A stretch of DNA of 63,998 nt, counting the filler, from Jimgerdemannia flammicorona (taxonomy: Eukaryota): NCBI GenBank assembly GCA_003990765.1. It is 3 parts of 3 records of this genome, joined end to end, with 100 filler letters (N's around TTAATTAATTAA, not from the genome) between each part and the next. Parts side by side here need not be neighbours in the genome. Positions count along the whole stretch, not along the records: positions 21,450 to 42,794 come from RBNJ01001475.1; positions 42,895 to 63,998 come from RBNJ01001530.1; 1 more part is not named here. One strand, written 5' to 3'. The notes under the pieces were generated by a model that saw only the letters and a program-made list of their open reading frames with translations, ran no database searches and was not told where the DNA came from. The translations under genes and the position numbers were made by a program. Positions 36,846 to 51,376 of the stretch are shown here, in pieces (positions within the stretch are counted from its first letter, which is position 1; every line of letters starts with the position of its first letter).

Positions 36846-37449
36846 TTTATTTGTAGTAAGTCTTTGAGCTATTTTGAGATTGGTGGTTTTTGTTGGTTGC
36901 TGCTACTGCAGTTTCTTGATCTTTCTTTTACATTCTTCAGGATGCTTATACTGTAGTCACAATGACTCACAGTTGGTCATCATTGCTCATCTCATATGCC
37001 ATATGATCTCCTTGTGCTCTAATCTGGTGGCTTATAAGGAAAGGCTGTCTCCTGTACTGATGTCATCATTCTGGAGTTACTGTTACATCTTCCTCCTGAA
37101 TAAGGATCTTCCTGAGCATCCTTATTCATTGGTCTAGTTCTGAAAAATTTGCTGATCCTATAACCTCTGGCAAGGGGTCGAAAAGTGGTGTTTATGGGCT
37201 GGCATCTTCTCTTTGTATTTGGCATGATAGTGAAGGGTTACTCCCTTTATATAGAGCAAGGGCCTGATTCTGATCTTGACCAATCAGTTGACAGTTTGAA
37301 CTCTTCTGACTTCGAAAGTCTCATGGATGAGTAGTTGCCAGTGCTATATCCCTTAGAGAATGGTCCAGACAGATAGCCTGCTGGTTATAGAATATGCTGT
37401 TATGATTTGCAGACTAGAACCTTGTGGGTGATCATCACGTTTGCTTCTC

Positions 37450-40400
37450 TTATATAGGTTTGTGGTCCTTCTTGAGTCTGTTCCTGTGTACCATAGTAGG
37501 CAGTATAGTCCCTGAGATTTTTCTAAACCAGAAGGTAGTTTTCTTAATATCTTGCACATAGAAGGGTTCTTCCCATTTGGGCTCCAGTTTTCGTGACCAT
37601 GAGGCTTCTATCATATTTCAATACAGTAAAACCTTTTCTCCGATTCAGATGGGTTCTAGGGCCTTGTGATTCTTTTCTGCATTCTTCTTTGTCAGCACTT
37701 GTGACTTAGTGATATAATCTTCAGCTTTCTTTCTGATTTGGTATAGTCTCCAGATTTCTGCATTAATCTGTCTCCAAGTTAGGTCTAGATTTGTGGCTGA
37801 GGTTCCATCAGAATCTTCTTCTCTGAAGAGCAGCTCTCTTGGGGTAAAATGTGTGCTCTGTGACCATATGTCTCATAGGACAGAGAGGGCAGTTGGGAGA
37901 TAGTTATCCTAATTCTCATATGTCTCTGAGATCTTTGCTAGGATGTTCTTGAGGGTCTTATTGGTTCTCTCTATCTGTCCATTTCCTTAAGGGTGGTATA
38001 CAGTGGTCTTGATGTGCTGGATCTTGTATTTCTGATATATTATCTCATGGAATCCATTGACAAATTCCATTCTACGGTCTGTTGTGATTTGCTTTGGTGT
38101 CTTGTAGTAGCAGATGATTTCTTGGTATAGGAAGTTGGCTATAGAGAGGGCATTGGCTTCTTGTAATGCTTCTGCCTCTATCCATTTGGTGAAGAGGTCT
38201 ACAATAACTATAATATAGCAGTTTCCTGATAGTATTACTGATAGTGGTCCAATGATATTCATTGCGATGTGGTGGAAGGGGATAGGCTCAATTCTTGATG
38301 ACCCAGGTGTCTGGTCTTGCTGATATTGTTTCTGTTTTTGGCACTTGTCACACCCTTTGACAAATTGGCACAAGTCTTCTTCCATCTTGGGTTACTACAT
38401 GGTTCTTCTTACCTTGTCATATGTATTGGTTCCTCCTAAGTATCCTTGCTCATGTACTTCCTTCATTACTTGATACTTCTTGTGTTTGGATATTACTAGC
38501 TTTCCTCCTTTTCTGAGTGTAGTGTTGTCTAATTCAAACTGTTTCCAAGTCTGGTTGATGATGGTGATTGTCCAGGGTTCAAGGTGGTTGGATATCTTCC
38601 GCTGCCCAAGATAGCTAATTAATCCATAGTATAGCTCCTTATTTATATTGAATAGTCTTGATGGGGGTGTTTTGGGGTGTCCTTGAGAGTGCATCAGCAT
38701 TGGTGTTGGTCTTTCCTGAGCAGTGCTTGACAGTACAGTCATACTCTTGCAGCCTGTAGATCCATCTGGCATATATTTCTTTGGGGTTCAGAGTGTGAAA
38801 TAGCCAGGCAAAAGTAGAATGGTCTATTTGAATGGTGAAGTATTTCCCGGCTAGTAGTAGTGGAACTTGTCTACTGCCCAAACTACTGCTAAGTATTTAA
38901 GCTTGTATAACTCATAGTTCTGTTCTGCTCTATAGGTACCTTGGCTTGCATAGGAGATGACATATTCATATCCATCTTTCTTCTGAGCTAGGACTGCTCT
39001 AAGTCCTATAGCACTCATGTCTGTCTGCAGGATGAATTCTAGGTTCCAGTCTGGTCTTCTGAGGATAGGTGCTTGGGCCAACCTGGTCTTGAGTTCATTG
39101 AAGATTTCTTGGTACTCCTTGGTCCATTCAAATTTGGTCTCCTTCTTCAGTAGCTCATAGATAGGTGCTGCAATGTTAGAGTATCCTTTGATGAATCTTC
39201 TGTAGTAGCTGGCTAGTCCAAGAAAGGCATGAACTTCTGTGGTTGTTCTGGGTCTTGGATAGGCTGCAACAGCCTTGATCTTTATGGGGTCTGTATGGAT
39301 TCTGGTCTGGTTGATGAGGTGTCCTAGGTAGGTAATTTCTTGAGCTACAAACTTATATTTCTTGGGCTTGATGTAGAGACCATGCTCCTTGAGCCTCTTG
39401 AGGGCTAGCTGTATGTGATTGACATATTCCCATACAGTGTTACTGAAGATGATCATATCATCAACATAGATAAAGAGCTATTTTCCAATCTCATTGCTGA
39501 AGACTCTGTTCATCATTTGCTGAAAACTTGCTGGGGTATTGCACATTCCAAATGGTATTCGCAGATAGATATAGGTGGCATCAGGTGTGATGAAGGCTGA
39601 TTTCTCACTAGCATCTTGAGTGAGACTGATCTAATGAAAGCCTGAGAACAGATCCAAGGTGGTGTAGTATTTGGCTTTGCTTCCAAGGGTGGTAAGGATT
39701 TCTTGAATATTTGGCAAGGACTGCCTATCCTTCTTGGTGATGGTATTGAGTTTTCTGTAGTCAATGCAGAGTCTTGATGCAAACTCTCCAGGCTTGCTTC
39801 CTTTCTTCAGGGCTAGGATAATGGGTGAGGCCCAGGGGCTGATAGCTTGCTTGATGATTCCGGCTTCTTCCATTTCCTTGAGTTCTGCTCACAGCTACTC
39901 TCTGTAGGCAGGTGGTATGGGTCTGGCTTTCTGGTAGATAGGCTTGATATCACCAGTGTCAACTTTGTGGTAGTACTTGGGTTCTTGATTGTGGATATCC
40001 CTAAAGTCTGTAGCAAGTACTCCTTCATTCTGATACAAGATCTTGAGAAGTTGTTCCTCTAGGGAAAAGTTTTCTCCAATGGTATATGTGTGCTTGTTCT
40101 GGTCCTTGTCTTTCTTATGCTCAAGTTTTGTAATCTTGGTAGTAGCATAGGCTCCTCTTCTAGTAGATCCAAAGTCTTGTTCTCCTTTCTTGGTTTTGAT
40201 AAGTTCAATGGCTTCTATGATCTTGGGCTTCTTGATTTCATAGATCAGCATCTGGCCAATCCTGTCATACTTCTTGACTTCAAAGGGGGTGGTGTGATTG
40301 TGATTTCTGACTATGAGGAAGATCTCACCAGTGTAATTAGGGTCAATTACTCCTCCTTCAACTGAGATTTTGCTTTTGGCCAGACTGCTCCTGGTCTTGA

Positions 40401-42663
40401 TAATTCCAGTATGGTTTTCTGGCAGCTTGACTCCAATTCTAGTACCAAGTAGGGTGGTGGTCTGTGGTTCAAGGGTAGCATCTTGAATACTGGCAAGGTC
40501 TATTCCTATGGCTCCTTCAGTCTTATATTCTGGGATCTTAGCTTCAGGATGAAACTTCTTGACCTTGAGGGTAATGTCTGATTCTTGTTCCTCCTCATCA
40601 TCACTGTTAGCTTGAAGCTCTGGGGGCTGATCATCTTCTTCAGCTTTCCTTTTTGCTTCAGCAGCTTCTTGCTCATGTTTCTGTTGGCAGATTTTCCTGA
40701 CTTCACTGATATAGGACCAGCAGTCATTCAGGTGTTTGGAGCAGTACATTCTAGTACTATAGGGGCATCTTCCTTGAGAGGCATAGCTATCGATGATCTT
40801 GTTGTACCACTGCTCATCTGTGAGCTTGGGTGTCTTGTTCTTGTTCTTATTCACCAAGTGTATGAAGACCTCTGTGTCCTCTTCATCTCCTTCCTCCATA
40901 TCTGGTAGGACTCTTTTGTGGACATTGATAGAGACTTGTACCTTTCTTTCTCTGTAGTTGATCTGCATTTTCTGAGTATTGAGGTCAATGATGGCCTTGG
41001 CCTTGTGAAGCCATTGGTTGCCAATGAGGATGTCATAGTTAGTGGTGCTTGTAACAATCACATTTACTGGGATGATAGCTCCTCCTATCTTGATGGGGAC
41101 TTCTCAGATTTTGTCAAGAGAGATAGCTCATGTATCATCTGCTGTAACATAAACCATCTTGGTGGACTCTTCAATGTCCCAATCTAGGCAGTCAATTGCC
41201 TTCTTGCTCATGAGGCATCCTCCAACATCAGTATCAATGATAGCATCAAAGATACAATCTTCAATCTGATAAAGAGTATAGGCTGATGTCTTGTGCTTAT
41301 CTTCAGATTCTTCACCTGAGTTCTTGGATTCTTCCTGTATATTGTGAGCTTCTACAATCTTGTACTCTTGATTCTTGGCAGTAGTTGCAAGTCCTACTCT
41401 CAACTGCTGTCTGAAGGCAGGGACTTCAGCTAGCTATCCAAAGATAGCATTGACCTTCTGTTCCTTGAGGTCCTTGTAGATGACATACTAGTGGATCTTG
41501 GTCTTATGCAGCTTCTGTTCCTTCTTGCTTTCACTTTCTCCTGAGACTGGAGTAGTGCCTTCTATGATTTGGTGGGCAGCTTCATCTAACTCTATGTCTT
41601 GATCAATCTCCTCAGGTTGGGTCTTGCTTTGAATAGTGACAGCTGGGGTCTTCTTTGGTCTTCCAACTGGCTTGCTTTTGCTCTTCTTGTCATAGGGCTT
41701 GGACCAGGTTCTGGTACCTTCAGTAGCAGGGTAGAATTTGAGCTCCTTATAGTATTCTTCATCATCAGTGTCACCAATCTTCTTGATGACTACTACATTG
41801 GTTTGTTCTCTGGTTCTGCTAGTATTGCTTGGTTGGGCTTTGCATCTTATTTCAGTCATATAACTCTTTGCATAGTGGCCTTCTTCTCTACATCTGAAGT
41901 ATGTGATATTGCATTCTTCTGTAGCAGCTGCAAATCTCTGCACTGGTCTCCTGTTGGCACTTTGGACTTCTCTAACAATATCACTAAGGTGTGCAGTCAT
42001 TTCAGTGAACTGCTTGGCAAGTTCCTCCACTGGGTCAGCTTTGGCTATCTTGGGAGTAGGTAGGGTTGATTGTCTGTTTATGACTGTGGCAGGTAAGATA
42101 TTAGTTGGCTTTGATGGCTCCATCTTGATGCCAGTTATTTTCTCCATTGAGTGTTTGGCAGGGTGTCTGGCAGTTCAATATCTCTGTGCAAAGACCACTT
42201 TCTGATCAAGGGTCAGTGCAGCTAAAGTAGACCAGATTGCTAGGACAATTTCAGAGTAAACTCCTTTGAGGAAGATTGAATCTGCTATTTGTTTCTTAAG
42301 GCAGTCATCATAGCCAGCCAAGACAATCTAGTGGCAGATTCAGGTATAGAATGAGTTGGGATCTTCACTAAGTCCCTGGCAGATAGTATTGAGTTGATTC
42401 TTGAGAGCTTGCTTGATCTCTTTGGTATAATATGTTATTCTGAGGAAGACCTTCATGTTGGCAAGTTTGGCTGCACCAACATCAGCAATGGTGGCTGTAT
42501 TGAACTTGTCTCTGGCAGGTCCTCTGAGGCTGACTGGTAGAAGGGCCAATTGAGCATCCACACCAAGGGCTCATATGGTGGCAAATTGTTGAAAGTCTTC
42601 AATGAAGGTCAGGATTGACTCTTCAGTAGTATATCCATAGAATGTAGGGAGATGCATTTCCAT
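37450..42663 (-). pseudogene. B2 gag-pol (PR, dUTPase ~40160-40575, RT, RH; IN in shifted frame)
   Basis: ORF-track fragments carry the canonical motifs. Confidence 0.92.
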
Positions 42664-42794
42664 CTTGTCTTGAATTCTTACAGAGGTGACTCTTGTAGTC
42701 AGGGTAGTTGTTGTGGGGGTTGTTCATTTTTCAGCTTGAAAGTGAGGGATTTGTCTTGAATCACCAGCCAATGGGCACCAAGTTGTCATATAGT

Positions 42795-42894
42795 NNNNNN
42801 NNNNNNNNNNNNNNNNNNNNNNNNNNNNNNNNNNNNNNTTAATTAATTAANNNNNNNNNNNNNNNNNNNNNNNNNNNNNNNNNNNNNNNNNNNN
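42795..42894. other. Assembly spacer
   Basis: N44-TTAATTAATTAA-N44. Confidence 0.97.
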
Positions 42895-44780
42895 TTTTTA
42901 ATAGACTCAATGTTTCACGGATTTTTATTAGAAGAGAACCTAGACTGTATAGGCCAAAACCCTCCCTCACTACCCACCAAGCACTGCCCCCCTATTAATT
43001 TAGACTAGCTATTGTCCAGTAGCTTGACCATACCAGGCACAGCAGGGCCTATAGCAGCCCATACCTCATTCTGTGCACCATGCTCTCCCTACTACCAGGG
43101 AAAACCCAACCATATGCCAATGACTGAAAGTGCATGCCTGAGAACCCAACGTATGTACAAGACCATGCCCAAGCCATATAGAATAGCCTCTATCACCCCA
43201 AAGAGAGTGACAGGTAAAGAAAAACCCTCATCAAAGCACAACATGGTGGATAGGGCCTGGTTCTCCCAGTCGAGATGAGTAAAGAACTTATACATGAGGT
43301 GGGAGAAGACCTCCAATACTCCACTACTCAAGCCTGTAGGTCTTGATCACGTTGCTATATCAGCTCCTAGTTCTAGTTGAGTGCAGTCAAGATACCTGAA
43401 ATGGGTAGCCTCAGGCCCTCCGACCCTCCCTGATGACCAGGGCCCAACCTGCCGAATCACCAAAAGAAGCCAAGAGTGAAACCTACCACCTAACTATGCT
43501 GTACTAATCAAAAGGCCCCACCAAAGCAGCACCTGTCTCAGCCCTGATGACCACCTCCAGCCTGGCACCCTACTGGTCTACTATAATTGCCCTTCCTCCT
43601 ATCTGTGATGGCCATCTCCCCTCCCATCCTGACAATACCCAAAAAGCAGTCACCTATGTCAGACCTGCACTTGCCAGAAAGCTTGCCAAAGCCAGAGAGC
43701 CCCACCACAGATACTAAGGACCTGTAGGTAACCTATACTGAGTACTTGATGTCCAAAGTTGGCCGACTCCCTATATAGCCCAAGACATACCGAGACAGCG
43801 CCTTGTTGGTGACAGCAAAAGGAAGAAGATACTACACCAAAATAGATATACTCCAGATACAGCTGAAGGCACCAGAAACTACAAAAAAGTGGAGAAGACA
43901 CTGATCCGATATCAATAAAGGGGCAACTTATCACCATTGCCCTCCTCTCATGCCCATATAGGCATAGCAAACCAACCTGAGATAGAGAGTGTAATAATAG
44001 GGAAAAGGGGACTTGGAAGGTTGCCTATCAAACTTTGTGACCAGTAAGATAGTGGAGAAAGGAGCAGACCTTGATTATATTACTATATCAGTTCTTAGTT
44101 CTAGTTAAGTATAGTCTAAACATCTGATCCAGATAGTCTTGGATCTCTCAATAATCTCAGATAATTGAAGTCTAATCTCATAGATTATTGAGAGCTATCA
44201 AGAGTGATACCTACTATCTAATTATCCAATACTAATCAAAAGGCTCTACTGATATAGTATCTATAATAATTCTAATATATAACTGCTATTAGTCTAGTAT
44301 TTTACTAGTTCACTATTATTGATCTTTCTCTTATCTATAATAGTTATCTCTCTTCTCATCTCAACTTTAACCAAAAACAGTTATATATACCAAAACTATA
44401 CTTGCTAGAAAACTTGCCAAAGCTCAGAGAGCTTATTATAGATATATATTGAGAATCTACTAGAACCTTTACTAATACTTAATATCTAAGGTCGGATAAC
44501 TCTCTATAAAGTCTATAATATACTATAATAATACTTATACTTCAGATATATATAGTCAGAAATATCAAAAACTGTAAAAGAGTGGAGAAAGTACTGATTT
44601 GATACTAATAAAGGAGCAACTCATCACCATTACCTTCCTTTTACTATTCTATAATAGATACAGTAAATCAATCTGAGATAGAAAGGGAATAAGTTATAAA
44701 AAAGAGACTTAGAAAGTTGCCTATCAAAATCTTATAATCAGTGTAATAAAAGAAAAAGAGGATGACTTGATGTATAGTTT
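42895..44780 (-). mobile_element. Family LINE-2 3' segment (to ~44070) followed by an older, more decayed duplicate (~44082-44780)
   Basis: The end matches 17-164 and 44082-44780 aligns to 43355-44070. No RT motif was seen, so the LINE call rests on the poly(A) end only. Confidence 0.55.
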
Positions 44781-45713
44781 CTTTATATATAATAGAATAA
44801 AGATATTATTCTTCTTTAGTAACTATAGTTATAAGAGACTTATTCTTACTATATATAGACTAAATCTCTTATAATTTAGATTTAAAGAAGTTTTCTTTTT
44901 AGCTTTATATATCAGTTCTTAGTTCTGGTAAAAGTTAGCTAGGCTTCTGAAGTTTAGTCAGAAATACTAAAGTAATTTAGATATTATTACTAAGAATTTA
45001 GAAGAATATATATAAAAGAGAGATTTGTATTTTGTACTAAACTAAGAGCTGGTTTATTTTAAATATATTTACTGAGATATTTATATATATTGGCTAAGTA
45101 ATATTTTATAGTTTTCTGGTTAAATAGATGTGACTAAATTGATATATAACTATTTTAGTAGTTTATTTATAAAATAAATAACTATTAGTTAAGTAATATA
45201 TAGTATCATATAGTGGTCGCTGAGTCCTTCAAATACACCAGATTCTCTTCAAGGTATATCTCTTAGACTAACTCAAGTTTGTTATAAGTAAGTTCTTATT
45301 GGAGTACCTTTCCAAGGTCTTATAGTCCTCAAACTTCTTATCTTTAACTATCTTGTTATCTCTTAGATTGCTTGCAAGAAAGTGTATATAGGTGAACTTG
45401 ACTGACTTTATTTCAGAGGAAATAAGAGGGGTATTTATACAAAATATAATTCAATGGTTGCTAAGATATAAAGCTAAATATAAATTCCAATAACTAAAAC
45501 TACTAAGTTCTAGGGTCGGTACTGATAGTTGTACAGATTCAGGATGCTGGTATAATTTAGTGTCACATCAGAATACCAGTGCTGGAACAATTTCATGTCA
45601 CCTCAGAATGCCAGTACTGGCATTATCCAGTATTACATGAGAATACTGGTGCTGGCATTATCCAGTGTTACATGAGAATACCAGTGCTGGCATTATCCAG
45701 TATAACAAGAAAC

Positions 45714-46511
45714 TTAGAGCAGAATATTCAGGATCATGGGGGCTTCATCATTATTATCATCATCACTGAAGGAGATGAGATCTACGAATTCATTGTTTTC
45801 ACATGCTTCAATGTCATGTGAGATGATGTCATTGCCAATAATGTCATCATGTTCGGCAGGGAAATCAGGGGCTCTCCAATCTATGAGATTCTCTTCTACA
45901 AAATAAGGATAAATGTGGGGTCTTGGAGAGGTCTAACCTAGATGCTTGGGCCTTGGAATACTGAGATCAATCCTTACAGAAATTGGTCTGGGTTGTCCTG
46001 AAGGATGGGATGCCAGAAGTCTTCTACTTTATCGCTGTTGAGGGTGATAGTAGACTGAGCTTCTGTGGCTACCCTGGCTTCTAGCACATTGATATGGTGG
46101 GATGACAGGTCTCTGAAGTCTGAGACTCTAATATATTCCAAGTTGGAGATTGAACATAGTGCATGCCTGAAGATCTGATGGATCTTCTTAGCTATCCTTG
46201 TTTCACATATATCTATGGGAGTAGTATGTATCTTGTAGCTCTTGAGTACTGGCCTGTGGAAACTCCCAGCAGAAGAGGTTTCCTATTTTGTACTCTTGCT
46301 ACATTTGGAGGCATTCAGTAGCAATGGTGATCCTTGTTTCCATTTCATAGTGATAGAGAATAAAGTGATAGGGATCTGCAGTACTCAGGTTGACACTAGG
46401 AGTCCTTCTTGTGCAGATCCCCATGACTCTTCTGATGTCTTGGAACATCCTTTCTTCAACTGAGGTACCTTAGTGATTCCTTGACCTTGAGGTTTGGTGG
46501 GCAGCAGACAT
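45714..46511 (-). pseudogene. LTR-B-internal accessory ORF, copy 3
   Basis: ATG at 46511, colinear with copies 1 and 2. Confidence 0.7.
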
Positions 46512-47029
46512 TTCATTTGTGGTAAGTCTTTGGACTATTTTAGGATTGGTGGGTCTTGTTGGTTGCTGCTACTGTGGTTCCTTGATCCTTCTTTTATATT
46601 CTTCAGGATGCTTGTACTGTGGTCACAATGACTCACAGTTGGTCATCATTGCTCATCTCATATACCATATGATCTTCTTGTGCTCCAATCTGGTGGCTTG
46701 CAAGAAAAGGCTGTCTCCTGTGCTGATGTCATCATTCTGGGGTCACTGTTACATCTTCCTCCTGAATAAGGATCTTCCTGAGCATCCTTATTTATTGGTC
46801 CAGTCCTGAAAAATTTGCTGATCCCATAACTTCTGGCAAGGGGTTGAAAAGTGGTATTTATGGGCTGGCGTCTTCCCTTTGTATTTTGGCATGATGGTGA
46901 AGGGTTACTCCCTTCATATAGAGCAAGGACCTGATTCTGATCTTGACCAATCAGTTGATGGTTAAAACTCCTCTGACTTCGAAAGTCTCATGGTATGTAA
47001 TGGTTACCCTAAAAAGCAATCCTCTTACA

Positions 47030-48885
47030 ACTTGGTAGCAGCAGTTTACAATTTAATTCCACTTCAAGACGCTTCCTCATCCTGCTACAAACCCTTCTGA
47101 GAATTCCTACAAGTTGGTATAAAGCCCAACCTCTGAACTGGAATTTATCCTGAACCATCTGACAATCTGGAGAGAATTGAACCTGACATATAAGAACAAT
47201 TTGACCTCCATACCTACAACAAGTAGGACAAACTTTATTCAAAGAAAGAAATACTCCAGTTAAATCAGCAAATAGGCAAAACCCTATTCACTGAACTCCT
47301 TACTCTACACCCAGCAAGTCAAGACAAAGAAGGTCTTATTGAAGCCTTCTTTACCCTTCTCAACAAGAGTTTTATCAGCTCTATAAATCCAAGTGACCTA
47401 GGACAACCAGCAGCAGTCTTTCTAGCCTTAGTCTCTCATGAAGCCCAAGTCTCTGTAGCCAAGTGGCTCAACTCTACTGACTTTCACCATACCAGGACCA
47501 AGACTGCACTATACTACTGATTCCAGAACAGTAAGGCCTGCCATATTCTTAAAGAAGAAGCAAGAGAAACCCTTCATCAACTACCTGACCCGGAACCAGA
47601 AACAGGCCCTACTACAGCTCTACCTGAATCTGAAACCAATACCAAACCAGAACTTGATTTTGAATTAAGTCCATCTGAAATCAGATATATAACTAATTCT
47701 GTCTACTTTGATGCTGAGCAAACCCAATTACACAGGGACCAAACCGAAGAGGAGGAAGAATATCTCAGTGAATTTGATCCCGGATACACCACCGAAGGAG
47801 ATGTACCTTCATTAGGCCAGAACATACCTATACAGCAACAAACAGCTATCTATCAAGCCCTTACTCTAGACCCACAACTACTACTTCAGCAACTTATACA
47901 GATCCAAAGAACACTCTCACACACTGCAACAGCACCAGACATAGCCACACTCTTATTTGACAACATCTTCCACTATCATGGTCTTCCTAAGATCATTGTT
48001 AGTGACCGAGATCCGAAATTCACCAGCCATTTTTGGAAAGCCCTCCATGCATACCTTGGAATGAAACTCACACTATCTACAGCCTTTCATCCTGAAACTG
48101 ATGGCCAAACTGAAAGAATGAACTGAACTCTAGAACAAATGCTAAGGAACTATGTTTCCTACAGACAAGATGATTGGCATGAACACCTCACTGCAGTCAA
48201 GTTTGTCTATAACAACAGCAAGCAAGCCTCTCTTGGAATGACCCCATTCTTTGCCAATACTGGACAAAACCCAAACACCCCTTTGACACTCATCTGAACT
48301 ACTGAAGAACTCTCCACAGTTGAAGCTGTTGAAGAATTCCTACTCTGAATGTGTAATCTAAGTCAGATTGCAATTGAGAATTTATTGCAAGCTCAAGAAC
48401 AACAGTCATAGTATGTTAACCAACACTGCCGAGAAGAAATCTTTGATATTGGAGAAAAAGTTCTACTAGATATTTGAGGATACCGAGTTGACAACCTCAA
48501 GCACAGACCATCTACAAAGTTGAACAGCAAGTTCATTGGACCATTCGAAGTTATCACACAAGTCTCTCCTACTTCTTACAAATTGGTGCTATCAGACACC
48601 ATTAAAATTCACCCAGTCTTTAATGTTCAACATCTCAAGCAATATAATAACAACAATAATGAGCTATTTCCAAACTGAACCATCAAACCACCTGCACCTG
48701 TCATTATTAATGACCAAGAAGAGTACAAAGTTGAACAAATCCTCAACAAACATGACCACAAGAACCACCCAGAGTACCTTGTTAAATGGAAAGATTATCT
48801 GATCCATGATGCAACCTGAGAACTCAAGACTAATCTCCAGAATGCCACTGACTTAGTTCAGGAATATGATTTCTTGAATAACTGA
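47030..48885 (+). pseudogene. In-frame fusion of 5' ORF with partial integrase and chromodomain, unit 1
   Basis: [70 protein letters not shown]. No PR, RT or RH. Confidence 0.9.
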
Positions 48886-49603
48886 AATCCGAATACTCTG
48901 ATACCTATCAGTATATACTATATATTACCCTCCTGAACATTATAATTATTATGAATGAAATCAAGAACTCAGAAAGTTAAGACATAAGAATACCAACTCT
49001 CTGGAAAAAATAGCAAAACTGAAAGCAAGCCTATTCTCCTCATACCACTGGTGGGAAACAAGGCATAGACATTTAAGAAGATTCTTTAGAGAAAATTCTC
49101 CAGCAGTAAATGACATCAGAATCACTTCCGGCACATAGCATCAAACACATGACCCTTAAATGTATGAATCCAATGCATTAGGCAACTGTACTATGAGCAT
49201 GCCACTTTCTGAAAAAATGGACTTTACTGGACTTTTGACCTCTCAAATGGTGTAACAACACTAGAACAAAATTAGAAGGCCCTGACAAGGATGTTGAAAG
49301 CTAAGAAGGGGAGAGTTATAAGTGCACAACCTCCAAGCCACAGAAATCACATGTCACCCTCTGAACAAGCCACTGAAATTACATACAACCTCTGAACAAA
49401 TCTGGAAATCACCTGCTCGATCACGAAGCTGAGTCAAACCAAAGTCACAGCATATAAAGCTGAGTCAATATGAAGTCATGGAATACAAGATTCATACAAA
49501 CAGAATCTTACCAATTAGGACCAAATGCATATATACTGAGCACCGAGACGCATCGAAACAGAGAATCAAAACAAATAACAAACACAACTTCCAAATATAT
49601 AAT

Positions 49604-50701
49604 ATGACTATCAAGATCTATAATCACATCTGCGCTGACATTTGGAATGCCATTGTCAACTGAGCCACACCCCCTCTACCCCTCATGAATATCTATAGTC
49701 TAGCACTCCTTTACTTTATGGAAGCCTGATGGAATGCCCTGAACATGCTTAATGAGGTCCACCAGATCGGACAAATCTCAAGCTACTACCAGATCAGCTG
49801 CCTCCTAGAAGATATGGTTGAATACCATCATGATACAGATATTATCCAGATGTCCCAACACCAGAAACTCATTGCCTGCAAACACAGGGAACTCTTCTAT
49901 GAGTATAGTACCTTTATTTCCCATCTTCGAGTTATTACCAGCAAAATGGTTGCTACCCTATCCTATGGCCAAATCGATGACATGATACAAGAACTCAACC
50001 ACAAGTATCTTGAGTACATTGAAATCATAGATAGAACCTTCCCACACCCTGATGACCATATCCTACAAATGTCTCAAGTCAGATACACTATGAAGAATAT
50101 CTACAATATAATCCGATTTGATTAAAATAAAGCAGAAGACAATGATCCCTCCAATGCTGACATGATCTCAAGCCAAGGATCTCTACCAACCCTGATCATG
50201 CCGCCAACCTTGCTGATGAACTTACAATAGTTCATAACTGTATATGAGACTTATTGGGACAATGACCACTGGCACGAATACCAACCTATGTTCACCCCCA
50301 ATTACTTCAACTATAATGAAGAGACCAGAGAACACAACCTATACCTCCAGACAACCCTCAAGATCAAACCAACCACTCCACCACCCAAGTATGAGCGACA
50401 TAAACCACAGCCACCAGCTTACTACAATCCCATGACTCATAGTGCTGTAACCTACAGAAGGTATACAGACAGCAAATCTGATAAAAGTGAAGATGATGTA
50501 CCCCTCCTTTGCTCACCAATGCCCTACCCAGCATACGAGACAGATGATGCTATCCTATGGGATGGTGACAAAGTTCCAATATATTACTATCTCAGTGAAT
50601 AAGGAGAAGTAATCCACGAGCCACTCTTTCTAGATGACTACTTCATCAGAGATGATGCAATTGATGGTGATGTCATCGAAGACTACTCAGACAGTATCTA
50701 A
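49604..50701 (+). pseudogene. LTR-A-internal accessory ORF, copy 3
   Basis: 1098 nt from ATG to TAA. Confidence 0.85.
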
Positions 50702-51376
50702 ACCTATAAATAGCTTTGCAGTCATAGTATAGTTAGATTAACCTTGTATGACGTAACTGTGAACAGACTCAGCAGTCAGATGATCTCTTGACATATCAGA
50801 TCACACTTGAACTACATGACTACATTCTGACTCAGCAAGGCACCTAGTGCTACATCCATATTTAGCATAGTCCAGATAGCCCCTCACTAGTATAAATACC
50901 CCCTCCCCCAGATCTCAGAATCTCAGACTCGAATACATAAGAACATTCCTGAATACTTCTCTATAATATCTCTTCATACAACTACTCCTAGTATAGTAAT
51001 ATCATAAATAGCAAATAAACCTATTAATAACCCACAAACTACTCTTAAGTAAATCTACTCCCCATTAGGTCCCACTCCTAACTCTGTTATAAAATTGCCT
51101 AATTGGGTATTGTCTGCAGTGATATGCCAATTCAACTAAGCTGGTCTTAGTTTCTTGAACTTCCTGAAATATGGAAAATCCTGAACATCCAGAACTAGTC
51201 CGAAAAAGGACTTTGGTTGAGACATCAACCTGATCTTGAAATCAATAAGTATAGAGGACATACTCCATACAAAATTGATCTTGACCATAAGAAAACAGTC
51301 TTCCAGAACATCCAGAACTTCCAGAAAACTCTTTCAGAACTACATAACAGTTATCCTAAAAAGCAACCCTCTTACA

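Larger units (their letters stand above)
35545..42794 (-). mobile_element. Ty3/Gypsy family B copy 2, uninterrupted; 5' LTR cut by the gap
   Basis: 3' LTR at 35545-37087. IN stop at 37450 and gag ATG at 42663. PBS TGGTGCCCATTGGCTGG at 42764-42780. LTR stub from 42784. Confidence 0.95.
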
